Below, piece by piece: positions 1 to 8,593 of a stretch of 64,000 nucleotides of DNA. The notes beneath the pieces were generated by a model. It saw only the letters and a list, made by a program, of their open reading frames with translations. It did no database searches and had not been told where the DNA came from. The stretch comes from a virus. Both the position numbers and the translations under genes were made by a program. The DNA lies in IMG/VR virus record IMGVR_UViG_3300027418_000370. One strand, given 5' to 3'. Within the stretch, counting starts at the first letter, position 1. Each line of letters starts with the position of its first letter.

Positions 1-2
1 TG

Positions 3-104
3 ATTGCAGTAGATGAGGTAACTAAATACCTTGAAGAGGTTCTAATGCCCAATCCTTTTGGTCAGTACTGGCAAGAGGTGAGAAAAGAAATAGAAAACCT
101 TTAA
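3..104 (+). CDS. C-terminal end of small phage protein (truncated by window)
   Basis: Reads IAVDEVTKYLEEVLMPNPFGQYWQEVRKEIENL*; open from the window edge to TAA 102-104. Confidence 0.6.
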   Translation: MAVDEVTKYLEEVLMPNPFGQYWQEVRKEIENL

Positions 105-208
105 CACCAATCAAGAAAATCTACCAGATAGTACGAATGGTTATACCTATTACCCGCAGGAACACAAAACAATCTTTAACACTAAAGAGAAATAAAGTTT
201 CCAGAATA

Positions 209-240
209 GTTGCTAGTCTGAACTTTAGTTCTTATATTTA
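209..240 (+). promoter_or_regulatory. Early promoter, Bacteroidota -33/-7 type
   Basis: GTTG(209-212)-N20-TATATTTA(233-240); same architecture recurs 5 more times. Confidence 0.7.
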
Positions 241-263
241 GATATCAATAAAAAGAAAAGGTT

Positions 264-431
264 ATGACAACATTGGAAATCGCAATGAAGTACGCTTCAG
301 CAACAGGTAAGCTTCTCGGCACTATGAACTTCCTAGCAACTTACGACTCACTCACTGCTGATGAGATCCGAGCTGATCTAAAAAAGAAGATCGCTGAAGT
401 AGAAGCAGAGTTAGGAGAAATAGAGGACTAA
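264..431 (+). CDS. Small hypothetical protein, 55 aa (not in ORF track)
   Basis: MTTLEIAMKYASATGKLLGTMNF...AELGEIED*; follows a promoter and AAAAGGTTATG, and is followed by a terminator. Confidence 0.75.
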   Translation: MTTLEIAMKYASATGKLLGTMNFLATYDSLTADEIRADLKKKIAEVEAELGEIED

Positions 432-433
432 GA

Positions 434-465
434 GTTGGTCCTTCGGGACCTTTTTCTTATCTTTA
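434..465 (+). promoter_or_regulatory. Early promoter
   Basis: GTTG(434-437)-N20-TATCTTTA(458-465). Confidence 0.65.
437..455 (+). terminator. Intrinsic terminator (UUCG hairpin)
   Basis: GGTCC-TTCG-GGACC-TTTTT. Confidence 0.7.
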
Positions 466-488
466 AGTATCAATAAAAAATAAAGGTT

Positions 489-1004
489 ATGTCAAAAGTT
501 TTAGATTACAAGTACAGCACAGAAGCAATCGCTAACTTCTCTCAGTCAGAACTAGCTCGTCAAGAAAAGAACGACTGTGTAGTACGTGCTGTAGCAGCCG
601 CTTCTGGATCTGCTTACGAGCCTGCTCACCAATTTGTTAAAGAGGTCTTTGGCCGTAATAACAACGAAGGCACGTTTGGTGTTGGTGTGACGATTGAAAA
701 GATCGCTGGTGTGACTCAGACGATTGGTAAGTCTCAGACTACGTTTGAAGTTCTGCCTGAGGATAAGAAGATGAACTACTACAAGCTTCATGGTCAGGTT
801 ATTAAGCGACAGAAGACAGTCAAGTCTTTTATCCAGGACAATCCTAAAGGTACGTTCATGGTCCTAGTATCAAAGCACGCCTTTGTAATTAAGGATGGAG
901 TGTTGATTGATAATCGCGGAGAGGAGTTCCGCCCCACTCGTAAGGTACAAGATGCCTTCAAAGTAGTGGCCTCAGTAGAAACAGGACAGCTATCACTCTT
1001 CTAA
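489..1004 (+). CDS. Hypothetical protein, possible papain-like Cys/His/Asp fold
   Basis: NDCVVRAVAAA ... KHAFVIKDGVLID motifs. Confidence 0.45.
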   Translation: MSKVLDYKYSTEAIANFSQSELARQEKNDCVVRAVAAASGSAYEPAHQFVKEVFGRNNNEGTFGVGVTIEKIAGVTQTIGKSQTTFEVLPEDKKMNYYKLHGQVIKRQKTVKSFIQDNPKGTFMVLVSKHAFVIKDGVLIDNRGEEFRPTRKVQDAFKVVASVETGQLSLF

Positions 1005-1029
1005 TACACATAGTAAGAGATATCATAGA

Positions 1030-1052
1030 GAGGGCTATATAGGCCCTTTCCT
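1030..1052 (+). terminator. Probable terminator hairpin
   Basis: AGGGC-TATATAG-GCCCT followed by TTCCTT, just after the ORF stop. Confidence 0.45.
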
Positions 1053-1253
1053 TGTATATAAGAGTAAGAGCCTCTGGAGTGCATCTGGATAGCAAGGTGA
1101 TGGCAAGGTGACAGAAAACTGCCAGTATATTTCACTAGACGGTTTGCTGGACGGTTATCTAGCCCAGACCTATTCGCATATTTCTGATCAAATTTTAAGA
1201 TATAGTAATATATATTTATATATGTAAAGAGAAGGTACTACGTTCTCTAACGA

Positions 1254-1631
1254 TTAATAATTAATTTTTTCTTTATAACCTCGTTCTACCCTAGAGATTT
1301 CTTTCTCTAATTGTTTTATTTGCTGTCCAATATTATAGTCCAGCTTATCTGTCTTACTATCAACATACCCGTAGAGCTTATTCATCTCATCTTGGACATT
1401 GTTATTGAGTAGATCAGTATAGTTAATGAGCTCAGTTTGTAATTTTTCTCGAGCTTCTACGTGTTTTTCTAACTGTCTATAGAGGTCTTCAGAGCTTCTC
1501 TCCATATCCATTGTTAGATCTTTAATTTCCTTTCTCAGGACTTTAATTGTCATGTGATTCACAGACGTACCCACGATCATCAATAAGACGATGACCGCAC
1601 ATACACCTAAAATAAATGATGTAATTTCCAT
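1254..1631 (-). CDS. Membrane-anchored coiled-coil protein
   Basis: N-terminal hydrophobic helix followed by a heptad-rich region; has its own minus-strand promoter. Confidence 0.75.
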   Translation of the reverse strand: MEITSFILGVCAVIVLLMIVGTSVNHMTIKVLRKEIKDLTMDMERSSEDLYRQLEKHVEAREKLQTELINYTDLLNNNVQDEMNKLYGYVDSKTDKLDYNIGQQIKQLEKEISRVERGYKEKINY

Positions 1632-1684
1632 AGTTTTTCTTTTTTTATTTCAAAGGACGTATAGTACCAATTCTCTACTTAGTT

Positions 1685-1716
1685 TTAAGATATGAACTTT
1701 TTGGTAAAGAAGCAAG
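1685..1716 (-). promoter_or_regulatory. Early promoter for 1254..1631
   Basis: Minus strand CTTG-N20-TATCTTAA, with TTCA before the -7 box (the + copies have TTCG/TTCT). Confidence 0.6.
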
Positions 1717-1810
1717 AAAACCCGAGGAAATTTTTCGGAAGAAATTTTTACTATAGTAAACCTTATATAGAGATATATTTATATATGTAAAGTAAGGTAT
1801 ATTTATATTC

Positions 1811-2245
1811 ATGAAGCCATTAGATCCTTCTTTCTTTGATATGTTCGATTACTCGGACGAAAAAGACCTCGAGAGAGCCGGGGCTATTGAAGCTTTGTCC
1901 GATTACTTAGAGCATCCTTACATTATCTTCGGTTCAGTCATACGAGGTGTAGAGAATTACTATATCGTGAGAGAGATGTTTAGTAGAAAATATAAGGAGC
2001 AATTTAAATCAATTGAGGAGAGCTTGCAGAAGAAGTACTTTGATAGATTGTATACTATGCTAGAAAGATTTGATGAAAGCAATTCTAATCATATCTTAGA
2101 GGCAATGAGATTTGAGAGACATGAGAGCGGTTGGGCATTATTAGAATTAAGACAATACTTTGAGAAGGTGGAAGAATATGAGAAGTGTGCTAAAGTACAA
2201 TCAGTATTAACTACACTTTATTTACTAGAAGAGTTGCCTATATGA
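1811..2245 (+). CDS. Hypothetical protein with C-terminal UVR-like helical motif
   Basis: YFEKVEEYEKCAKVQSVL resembles the UvrB/UvrC (E-x-YE-x-AA) motif. Confidence 0.55.
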   Translation: MKPLDPSFFDMFDYSDEKDLERAGAIEALSDYLEHPYIIFGSVIRGVENYYIVREMFSRKYKEQFKSIEESLQKKYFDRLYTMLERFDESNSNHILEAMRFERHESGWALLELRQYFEKVEEYEKCAKVQSVLTTLYLLEELPI

Positions 2246-2264
2246 AATATAGTTCGTATATTTA
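2233..2264 (+). promoter_or_regulatory. Early promoter
   Basis: GTTG(2233-2236)-N20-TATATTTA(2257-2264). Confidence 0.7.
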
Positions 2265-2288
2265 AGTATAATAAAAAAAATAACGGTT

Positions 2289-2483
2289 ATGATTTCAAAT
2301 GTGATTACTTACTTGATTATCGGAGTTGCTTTTAACTTCGTATTTGATCTACTTGTTAACGTTTCGGGAGAAGAAGGTCACCGCTTTACTATCAAAGAGC
2401 GTATTACTATGACTCTTATCTGGCCTGTAGGCGTGGGTATGTTTGTTATTCAATTCCTTAAGGAGTTCTTCTCTAAGAAATAA
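2289..2483 (+). CDS. Small two-TM membrane protein
   Basis: Two hydrophobic helices, LIWP motif. Confidence 0.7.
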   Translation: MISNVITYLIIGVAFNFVFDLLVNVSGEEGHRFTIKERITMTLIWPVGVGMFVIQFLKEFFSKK

Positions 2484-2486
2484 GTT

Positions 2487-3113
2487 ATGCGTCGAGATCG
2501 AATTACATTAGAAGAGGCTTTGAAGTTAGAATCTGAGTCTCTCTTGACTATATACTACCCCAGTACATCCCTTATTGATCTACCCAGTATACCCTATATT
2601 GAGAGATATACTCAGAACTTCATTGATGCTACAGGTAAATACCGTAAAGTAGAAATCGGTAAACTACTCTCATACATTGATCCTGAATACCAGATTGAGA
2701 TCGAAGTTCTTGCAGATACTCAAGGTGGCTTCTTTGAATGGGCTTATCTCTACGGTAAGTCTCGTAAGGCTCAAGAGATTCATGATCAAGCTCTAGAAAA
2801 AGGACAGTACGTTTACGTACTTATTAATCCGGCCTATGACTTTGTTAAGATAGGAAAAGCGGTTAATCCTCAATCCCGCGTTAGACAGATTAACGGAGCA
2901 GGTACCGTTTCCGAATGGAAACTCTATTGGGCTATGCCGGTTACGGATGATTACCGTGTAGAATATCTAGTACACCAACACTTTGCCGATAAGCGATTAG
3001 GTTCCGATCAAGGTTCGGACCGTGAGTTCTTTCAAGTTACGAAAGAGGAGGCTATCGAGGCGATTATGTTTATCGCCGAAGATTATGATAATGGAGAACC
3101 TACGTTCTACTAA
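2487..3113 (+). CDS. GIY-YIG superfamily protein (T5orf172/MUG113-like)
   Basis: GQYVYVLIN...VKIGKA..P..RVRQIN...E..VH..F...R...REFF. Confidence 0.8.
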   Translation: MRRDRITLEEALKLESESLLTIYYPSTSLIDLPSIPYIERYTQNFIDATGKYRKVEIGKLLSYIDPEYQIEIEVLADTQGGFFEWAYLYGKSRKAQEIHDQALEKGQYVYVLINPAYDFVKIGKAVNPQSRVRQINGAGTVSEWKLYWAMPVTDDYRVEYLVHQHFADKRLGSDQGSDREFFQVTKEEAIEAIMFIAEDYDNGEPTFY

Positions 3114-3171
3114 AATCTGCGTGGCAACTTCGTGCGCGTGCGCGGCGCGGGTTAAACTTTTTTATAAAACA

Positions 3172-3203
3172 GTTGGTTCGTGTTGATTTATTTCGTATAT
3201 TAC
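3172..3203 (+). promoter_or_regulatory. Early/middle promoter
   Basis: GTTG(3172-3175)-N20-TATATTAC(3196-3203). Confidence 0.6.
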
Positions 3204-3317
3204 CAATGAAGGAGGGAGAAAAAAAGGAGAGAGAAAATTAAATTAAATATATTATATAGTATATATTAAATAATAATATTATATATTATATATAAAGAAT
3301 AATAATTAGTACAAGTT

Positions 3318-3497
3318 ATGAGAAACAAAAATCTATTTCAAGAAAAAATTACCCGATTAGAGTCTATGTTAAATACTATTGGACGATCGGTGTCTTTAAA
3401 TGATCACGACCAAGCTTACCAACATATCGAAAAAGCTAAAGATGTTCTTTCGGATATGCAAGCTATGGTTAACCGTGAAGAAGAATCTTACAACTAA
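3318..3497 (+). CDS. Small helical hypothetical protein, 59 aa (not in ORF track)
   Basis: MRNKNLFQEKITRLESML...MVNREEESYN*; GTTATG start; stop 3 nt before the HD gene. Confidence 0.75.
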   Translation: MRNKNLFQEKITRLESMLNTIGRSVSLNDHDQAYQHIEKAKDVLSDMQAMVNREEESYN

Positions 3498-3500
3498 TAT

Positions 3501-4232
3501 ATGTTACAAGCAGAACAGATCCTCGAAAACTTCGACTTGCACCAACAAATTATCAAGTCCGAACTTGGTAATCGTGCCGATCAAGTACTTTCTATGCTTG
3601 AATCACTTGGAGAAAACTATATCATGTCTCCTGCTAGCGGTAAATCATGGTACCATAATGCATTCCCTGGTGGGTATGTAGATCATGTTAACCGAGTAGT
3701 AGAATGTGCCATTAAAACTATGAGATTCTGGGAGTCAATGGGTGCTACTATTGATTTTACCCGTGAGGAACTTGTTTTTGCTGCTCTTTTCCACGATTTA
3801 GGTAAGATTGGTGACGGAGAAGGGGTAGGTTACTTAGAGCAAATGGATAATTGGCGTAGAGATAAGCTAAATGAAATGTATGTCCCTAATCCCGACCTTG
3901 ATTTCATGCTTATCCCCGATCGATCACTGTTTATACTTCAGAAATTCGGAATTTCCATGAGTCAGAAAGAGTTTTTAGGTATCAGACTACATGATGGTGT
4001 GTTTGATGATGCAAACAAAGCATACTTCTTTAGTCACAACCCAGACTCTCGTATGAAGACTAACATTATCAATATTCTACACTCAGCCGACTTCATGGCA
4101 TCTAAGGTAGAGTACGATATTTGGAAGCGTAACGGTGGATCCACTAAAGCAAGCACACAGAAAACTAAATCTTCAACAGGCCAGTCGGTAAAATCTTCGG
4201 AAGGTCTATCAAACTTTGTTAAAAATCTATAA
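3501..4232 (+). CDS. HD-domain phosphohydrolase
   Basis: PAS..YHNAFPGGYVDH, LFHDLGK, LHDG, HSAD motifs. Confidence 0.85.
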   Translation: MLQAEQILENFDLHQQIIKSELGNRADQVLSMLESLGENYIMSPASGKSWYHNAFPGGYVDHVNRVVECAIKTMRFWESMGATIDFTREELVFAALFHDLGKIGDGEGVGYLEQMDNWRRDKLNEMYVPNPDLDFMLIPDRSLFILQKFGISMSQKEFLGIRLHDGVFDDANKAYFFSHNPDSRMKTNIINILHSADFMASKVEYDIWKRNGGSTKASTQKTKSSTGQSVKSSEGLSNFVKNL

Positions 4233-4234
4233 AA

Positions 4235-4504
4235 ATGTTGGTTACCTGCATAATTTTAGCTATATTGATAATTATCTTTGGGTTCTTTACTTGGAACTTA
4301 TTACGAAAAGTAGAGAAGCTAGAAGATATTGGTGAATATCAACAAAACTACATCGATAATCTCTCCACTATTATAGGAGAATCTTCAAAAAGGTTACGTG
4401 AAATTGATGAAAAAGGAACCTTCCAGTCGGACGACGAAGTTGGATTCTTCTTTAACAATATTAAAGAGATTCAGAGAGTGCTTGACGAGTTTAACATAAA
4501 CTAA
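4235..4504 (+). CDS. Small membrane protein
   Basis: N-terminal TM helix followed by a coiled coil. Confidence 0.7.
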   Translation: MLVTCIILAILIIIFGFFTWNLLRKVEKLEDIGEYQQNYIDNLSTIIGESSKRLREIDEKGTFQSDDEVGFFFNNIKEIQRVLDEFNIN

Positions 4505-4507
4505 ACT

Positions 4508-5212
4508 ATGGGCAGAAAAAAAAGTAAAGCAAATTACTTTACACAGGATACAGAAGATGCAATAGTAGCGTATAATAATTCAACTGATTCAGACTTTAGA
4601 AATAAGATCTTCACAGATAGAATCTATTTCCCCTTCTATAAACTTGTTGAGAACATAATTCATACCTTTAAATTCTATTACACAGACGTTGACGATCTCG
4701 AAGATTTAAAACTTGAGGTCGTTTCCCTGTTAGTAGAAGAGAAAATACATATGTTTGACCCCACTCGAGGAGCAAAAGCATATTCCTACTTTGGGACTAT
4801 TGTAAAAAGGCACTTAATTAACTACAATAATAAGAACTACAAGCGTTTAAAACAATTAACAGGTGTTGAAGTGTACGAAGGATCTTACGATCTAGACACA
4901 CCGGAGGTTCGTCCTTATGCAATTAGCCTGAAAGAGGTATTTAATCTATATATTGAACGTACTTACGAAAAATTAGATACTCTTTTCCCTAAAGAAGCAG
5001 ATCGTCAAATTGCTGACGCTGTATTAACTTTATTTGAAAAGCGATATGACCTGGAGATCTTTAAGAAAAAAGCTCTCTATATCTACATACGTGAGATGAC
5101 TGGAACAGAAACTCCGTACCTCACTAAGGTAATTAATATATTGAAAGAAGAGTTCTACCTACTATACAACGATTTATACGAAAAAGGTTTTATTGACCTA
5201 AAAAAATACTGA
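4508..5212 (+). CDS. Late-transcription sigma factor (T4 gp55-like)
   Basis: Sigma region 2-like FDPTRGAKAYSYFGTIVKRHLI; position before late genes. Confidence 0.7.
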   Translation: MGRKKSKANYFTQDTEDAIVAYNNSTDSDFRNKIFTDRIYFPFYKLVENIIHTFKFYYTDVDDLEDLKLEVVSLLVEEKIHMFDPTRGAKAYSYFGTIVKRHLINYNNKNYKRLKQLTGVEVYEGSYDLDTPEVRPYAISLKEVFNLYIERTYEKLDTLFPKEADRQIADAVLTLFEKRYDLEIFKKKALYIYIREMTGTETPYLTKVINILKEEFYLLYNDLYEKGFIDLKKY

Positions 5213-5234
5213 TTCTATTTATAAAAGAAAAGGT

Positions 5235-5585
5235 ATGGGTCTAGATAAAAAACTATTTCAAGATAAGACCTTCTCCGATGTACTAGAAGAGATCTACAGT
5301 AATTCTAAAAAGAAAGAAAGGCAGATCAATGCTCTAATCGGAGAACTAAAACCCCTTATGGAAAATATTGGGGATGCTACTCTCATTGTTCCTATGATCG
5401 CTAACTACCTTGAAATTGGTGTTAAGAACGATAAACACCTAATTGACATGTTAGCTGTTGTACAACGTATGGAGAATGCATCTAAGAGCGGCGACGCTGC
5501 CGGATTTGAATTAGGAGCTGAAGAGCTTGCTCAAATCCTAGAACAGATGGACGACGCTATTGAAGAACCTAACAAAGGGAAGTAA
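5235..5585 (+). CDS. Hypothetical helical protein, possibly terminase small subunit
   Basis: Size, helical pattern and late promoter at 5216-5223; no diagnostic motif. Confidence 0.35.
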   Translation: MGLDKKLFQDKTFSDVLEEIYSNSKKKERQINALIGELKPLMENIGDATLIVPMIANYLEIGVKNDKHLIDMLAVVQRMENASKSGDAAGFELGAEELAQILEQMDDAIEEPNKGK

Positions 5586-6664
5586 TGCGCTTATTTGATC
5601 TTACTAAGACTGCAAACAGTCCTATAAATGAAGTTCGTAAAATATCTTACGGTAAGGTCGTAAGCGTAAACTATAATATCGAAACTCCCGATGATATTGG
5701 ATCAATAGAGTATCAATTCTTAACTGATATAGAAGGGATTATAAGAGGACAAGCCTTTCCTCTTTTCCCGTTCTTAAAACAACCCCCGTTAATAGATGAA
5801 ACAGTAGTACTTCTATCAGCACCTTCCGAGGTAACTACAGAAGAAAATCACTACGTTAAGACCTACTATATTACATCCGTTAACATGTGGAACCATCCGC
5901 ACCATGGAGCTATTACAGAAACTAAGCAAGCTGTTACCCTTGGAGCAGATTTTCCTGAAGTAGCAGATGTTAACCCTATGTTACCTTTTGAAGGAGATAC
6001 CATACTAGAGGGTAGATTAGGACAGAGCATTAGATTCTCTCAGACAGTACCAGGTAAGACCCCATGGACTGGTAGCGCTTCAGGTACACCTATTATTGCA
6101 ATTACAAACGGACAAGTTAACGTAGGAAATGGATTTGAATTTGTATCTGAAGAGATTAATACAGACTACGCTTCAATATACCTGACATCTAACCAGCAAA
6201 TACCTCTTCAACAGTCTTATACAAAAACAACCTCTTTTGATACCCCGCCTACTACTGTACCTAATTATAACAACAACCAGGTCTTAATAAGTAGCGGAAG
6301 AGTGTATTTAAATGCAAGTACAGAGAGAGTTTTAATTAATGGAGCAGAAGGAGTAGGATTAGCAGGACAGACTCTTAACCTAGATGCAACAAAAAGCATT
6401 ACCCTAGATGCTCCAGAAATATACCTCCTTGCAAACGCTAAAGACCAATCTCAACACGCAGTACTAGGAGACTCTCTAGTAAATGAAATTGACAACCTCT
6501 ACAGCGATTTACAGAACGTACTAAGTGAATTAGGAGTACTAGCAAGCGCAGTAAACTACTTACCGATGGTAGAAGCAGCAAGTACAGCTTTAGCTAATCT
6601 AGAAGGACGTCAAAAGAAGTTGCGCAACAAACTACTAAGTAAAAGAATATACCTAAGTAAATAA
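5585..6664 (+). CDS. Baseplate spike/hub protein (gp5/gpV-like)
   Basis: N-terminal OB-like PLIDETVVLL, EGDTILEGRLGQSIRF, beta-helix-like C-half; upstream of gp25 and gp6. Confidence 0.6.
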   Translation: MRLFDLTKTANSPINEVRKISYGKVVSVNYNIETPDDIGSIEYQFLTDIEGIIRGQAFPLFPFLKQPPLIDETVVLLSAPSEVTTEENHYVKTYYITSVNMWNHPHHGAITETKQAVTLGADFPEVADVNPMLPFEGDTILEGRLGQSIRFSQTVPGKTPWTGSASGTPIIAITNGQVNVGNGFEFVSEEINTDYASIYLTSNQQIPLQQSYTKTTSFDTPPTTVPNYNNNQVLISSGRVYLNASTERVLINGAEGVGLAGQTLNLDATKSITLDAPEIYLLANAKDQSQHAVLGDSLVNEIDNLYSDLQNVLSELGVLASAVNYLPMVEAASTALANLEGRQKKLRNKLLSKRIYLSK

Positions 6665-7740
6665 TGCCTAACTTCTTTCAATCTATAGCTAGTGTAGAAC
6701 CCTGTGACGGTAGAGACCTGTTACAGAAACTCACCTACCTAGTAGTTTCAGAAGTAGCTAAGAAGAAAGCAGAGATGTGTACAAACCTAGAAGAGTCTTT
6801 TGCAGACTTTGGGTTAGAAAACTTTTCTCCATGTCAGCTACTAAACCAGACTACTCTCGATAAGCTATTAGGAGGCGATACAGACGGTGCTATAAACTAC
6901 ATACTATCAACTCGAAAACTACCCCCACATTCTTTTAAGATACTTAAATCAGGTTATAACTCTCTAGAAGATAAAGAGAAAGAGGAAGTAGAGAAGTATC
7001 TAAGAACTCTTGGAACAAACTACGTTAGAGGGCAGATTGAACCTATCATACAGGAAAAGATTGCTGAAATTATAAAATGTCCTGATGAAGCGGTAATTAA
7101 TAAGCTTCTAACTAAACTTGAGAATACAGTTAGAACTGTAAATAACCTCACCGATAAAGTAAACCGACTAGACAGTTATACTGCACCAACTTCGGCAGTT
7201 GTAAATGTACTCAACCAAGCATTTAAAGCTGCAGACATAGCCATACTCGCATTAGACGTAACACTCCCAGCAGTTGCTGCTACCCCAACCGGAGCATCCG
7301 GTATTATTGCCAGAGTTATAGGTAAGGTAGAACGGTTTATAGATAACAATAAAGATGATGTACAGAAACTAGACGATAATCTGTGTAATGCTGCTAAGGC
7401 AATCCGATTTGCAAAAACACAGTTACTTATTATACAGACGTTACTTCAGGTATTAGACGTACTTCTTAGAGCATGCCTAATCAAAAAAGGTCAAGACCCA
7501 CAGGCGTTAGCCACCTTTACACCGATTGCATTCGAGCGCTCTAGACAGTCTATCGAGTACAGAGGTTATACTCTAGAAATTCGAACAGATAACAATGATA
7601 GCGGAATAGCACCACGCCGCTTTGCTGTAGCTCTAGATCCGGCAGGGGTAGTTGTATTACAAGGCGTATCGTCTTTTAGTTCTAATACCGAAATACTTTT
7701 AGAAGAACTTAAGTTTAGAATTGACAACCAATTAGGTTAA
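6664..7740 (+). CDS. Hypothetical protein in baseplate module
   Basis: Long ORF coupled by TAATG overlap. Confidence 0.5.
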   Translation: MPNFFQSIASVEPCDGRDLLQKLTYLVVSEVAKKKAEMCTNLEESFADFGLENFSPCQLLNQTTLDKLLGGDTDGAINYILSTRKLPPHSFKILKSGYNSLEDKEKEEVEKYLRTLGTNYVRGQIEPIIQEKIAEIIKCPDEAVINKLLTKLENTVRTVNNLTDKVNRLDSYTAPTSAVVNVLNQAFKAADIAILALDVTLPAVAATPTGASGIIARVIGKVERFIDNNKDDVQKLDDNLCNAAKAIRFAKTQLLIIQTLLQVLDVLLRACLIKKGQDPQALATFTPIAFERSRQSIEYRGYTLEIRTDNNDSGIAPRRFAVALDPAGVVVLQGVSSFSSNTEILLEELKFRIDNQLG

Positions 7741-7754
7741 ATCTATTTATTATT

Positions 7755-8183
7755 ATGAAAGCTAGTGAATTTAAAAAATTAATTAAGGAAGCGGTTAAAG
7801 AAGCCATCAGGGAGGAGCTAACAGAAGTTAATGTACCTTCACCTGCTCCGCTTCAAGAGCGAGCACAACCAGTAGTATACCAACCTACAGGTAATCCTGT
7901 GACCGATGCTTTAAACGAAACCAGATCTAGTATGGCTACAGAAGAGTATAGAAACGTCGGCGGCGGTACATTACGAGCATCTTTAGCACAAAATTTTGAT
8001 AGGAGTATGTTTATGCCAAAAGGCAACTACTCTCCGTCTTCAACAGATCCTCAAGCTGTAGCTCAATCTATTGCCGCTGCACCAAAAGCAGGGCTAGACT
8101 TAACACAGCTAGGGTTTGTGAGTAAAGCCGCCGCCATTGTTGACGGCGCTAAGCAGAAAGATAAGCAAAGGTTTGGAGGATAA
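7755..8183 (+). CDS. Hypothetical virion protein with LIKE/IREE-type leader
   Basis: MKASEFKKLIKEAVKEAIREELTE; late promoter at 7744-7750. Confidence 0.55.
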   Translation: MKASEFKKLIKEAVKEAIREELTEVNVPSPAPLQERAQPVVYQPTGNPVTDALNETRSSMATEEYRNVGGGTLRASLAQNFDRSMFMPKGNYSPSSTDPQAVAQSIAAAPKAGLDLTQLGFVSKAAAIVDGAKQKDKQRFGG

Positions 8184-8593
8184 TGGCATATAAAGTTCAA
8201 AGGATTAACCCATTAGATCTACAGCCAAGAAAGGCCGTGGGAGTAGCTTTACCGTTATCCGGTAGAGCTGTCTTTAATTCTACGTACACTACTAAAGATG
8301 CTACTAAGGCAAACTTAATTAACTTTTTTCTCACTGGAAAGAATGAACGTATATTAAATGTAGATTTTGGAGCAGGACTTAGAAATTTTCTTTTTGAGAA
8401 CCTAACCCAAGACACAGTAGACTCTACCAGAGAACTTATAAACCAGTCCTTAGAGCTATACTTCCCACAAGTAGTAGTAAATAACCTTGAACTAAAAGCA
8501 TACCCAGATCAGAATCTAGTGACATTTGCACTGAAGTATTCTGTAAAGGAAACTAATATTACAGATGAAATCGTAATTAACTTTGAGCAATAA
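8183..8593 (+). CDS. Baseplate wedge protein gp25/GPW-like
   Basis: NLINFFLTGKNERILNVDFGAGLRNFLFE motif. Confidence 0.85.
   Translation: MAYKVQRINPLDLQPRKAVGVALPLSGRAVFNSTYTTKDATKANLINFFLTGKNERILNVDFGAGLRNFLFENLTQDTVDSTRELINQSLELYFPQVVVNNLELKAYPDQNLVTFALKYSVKETNITDEIVINFEQ

Larger units (their letters stand above)
1210..1792 (+). repeat. 20-bp exact direct repeat flanking the minus-strand gene
   Basis: ATATATTTATATATGTAAAG at 1210-1229 and 1773-1792. Confidence 0.85.

Noticed and set aside
3400-3681. 93-aa ORF in the track
   Set aside because: Out of frame across two better genes (3318..3497 and the HD gene).
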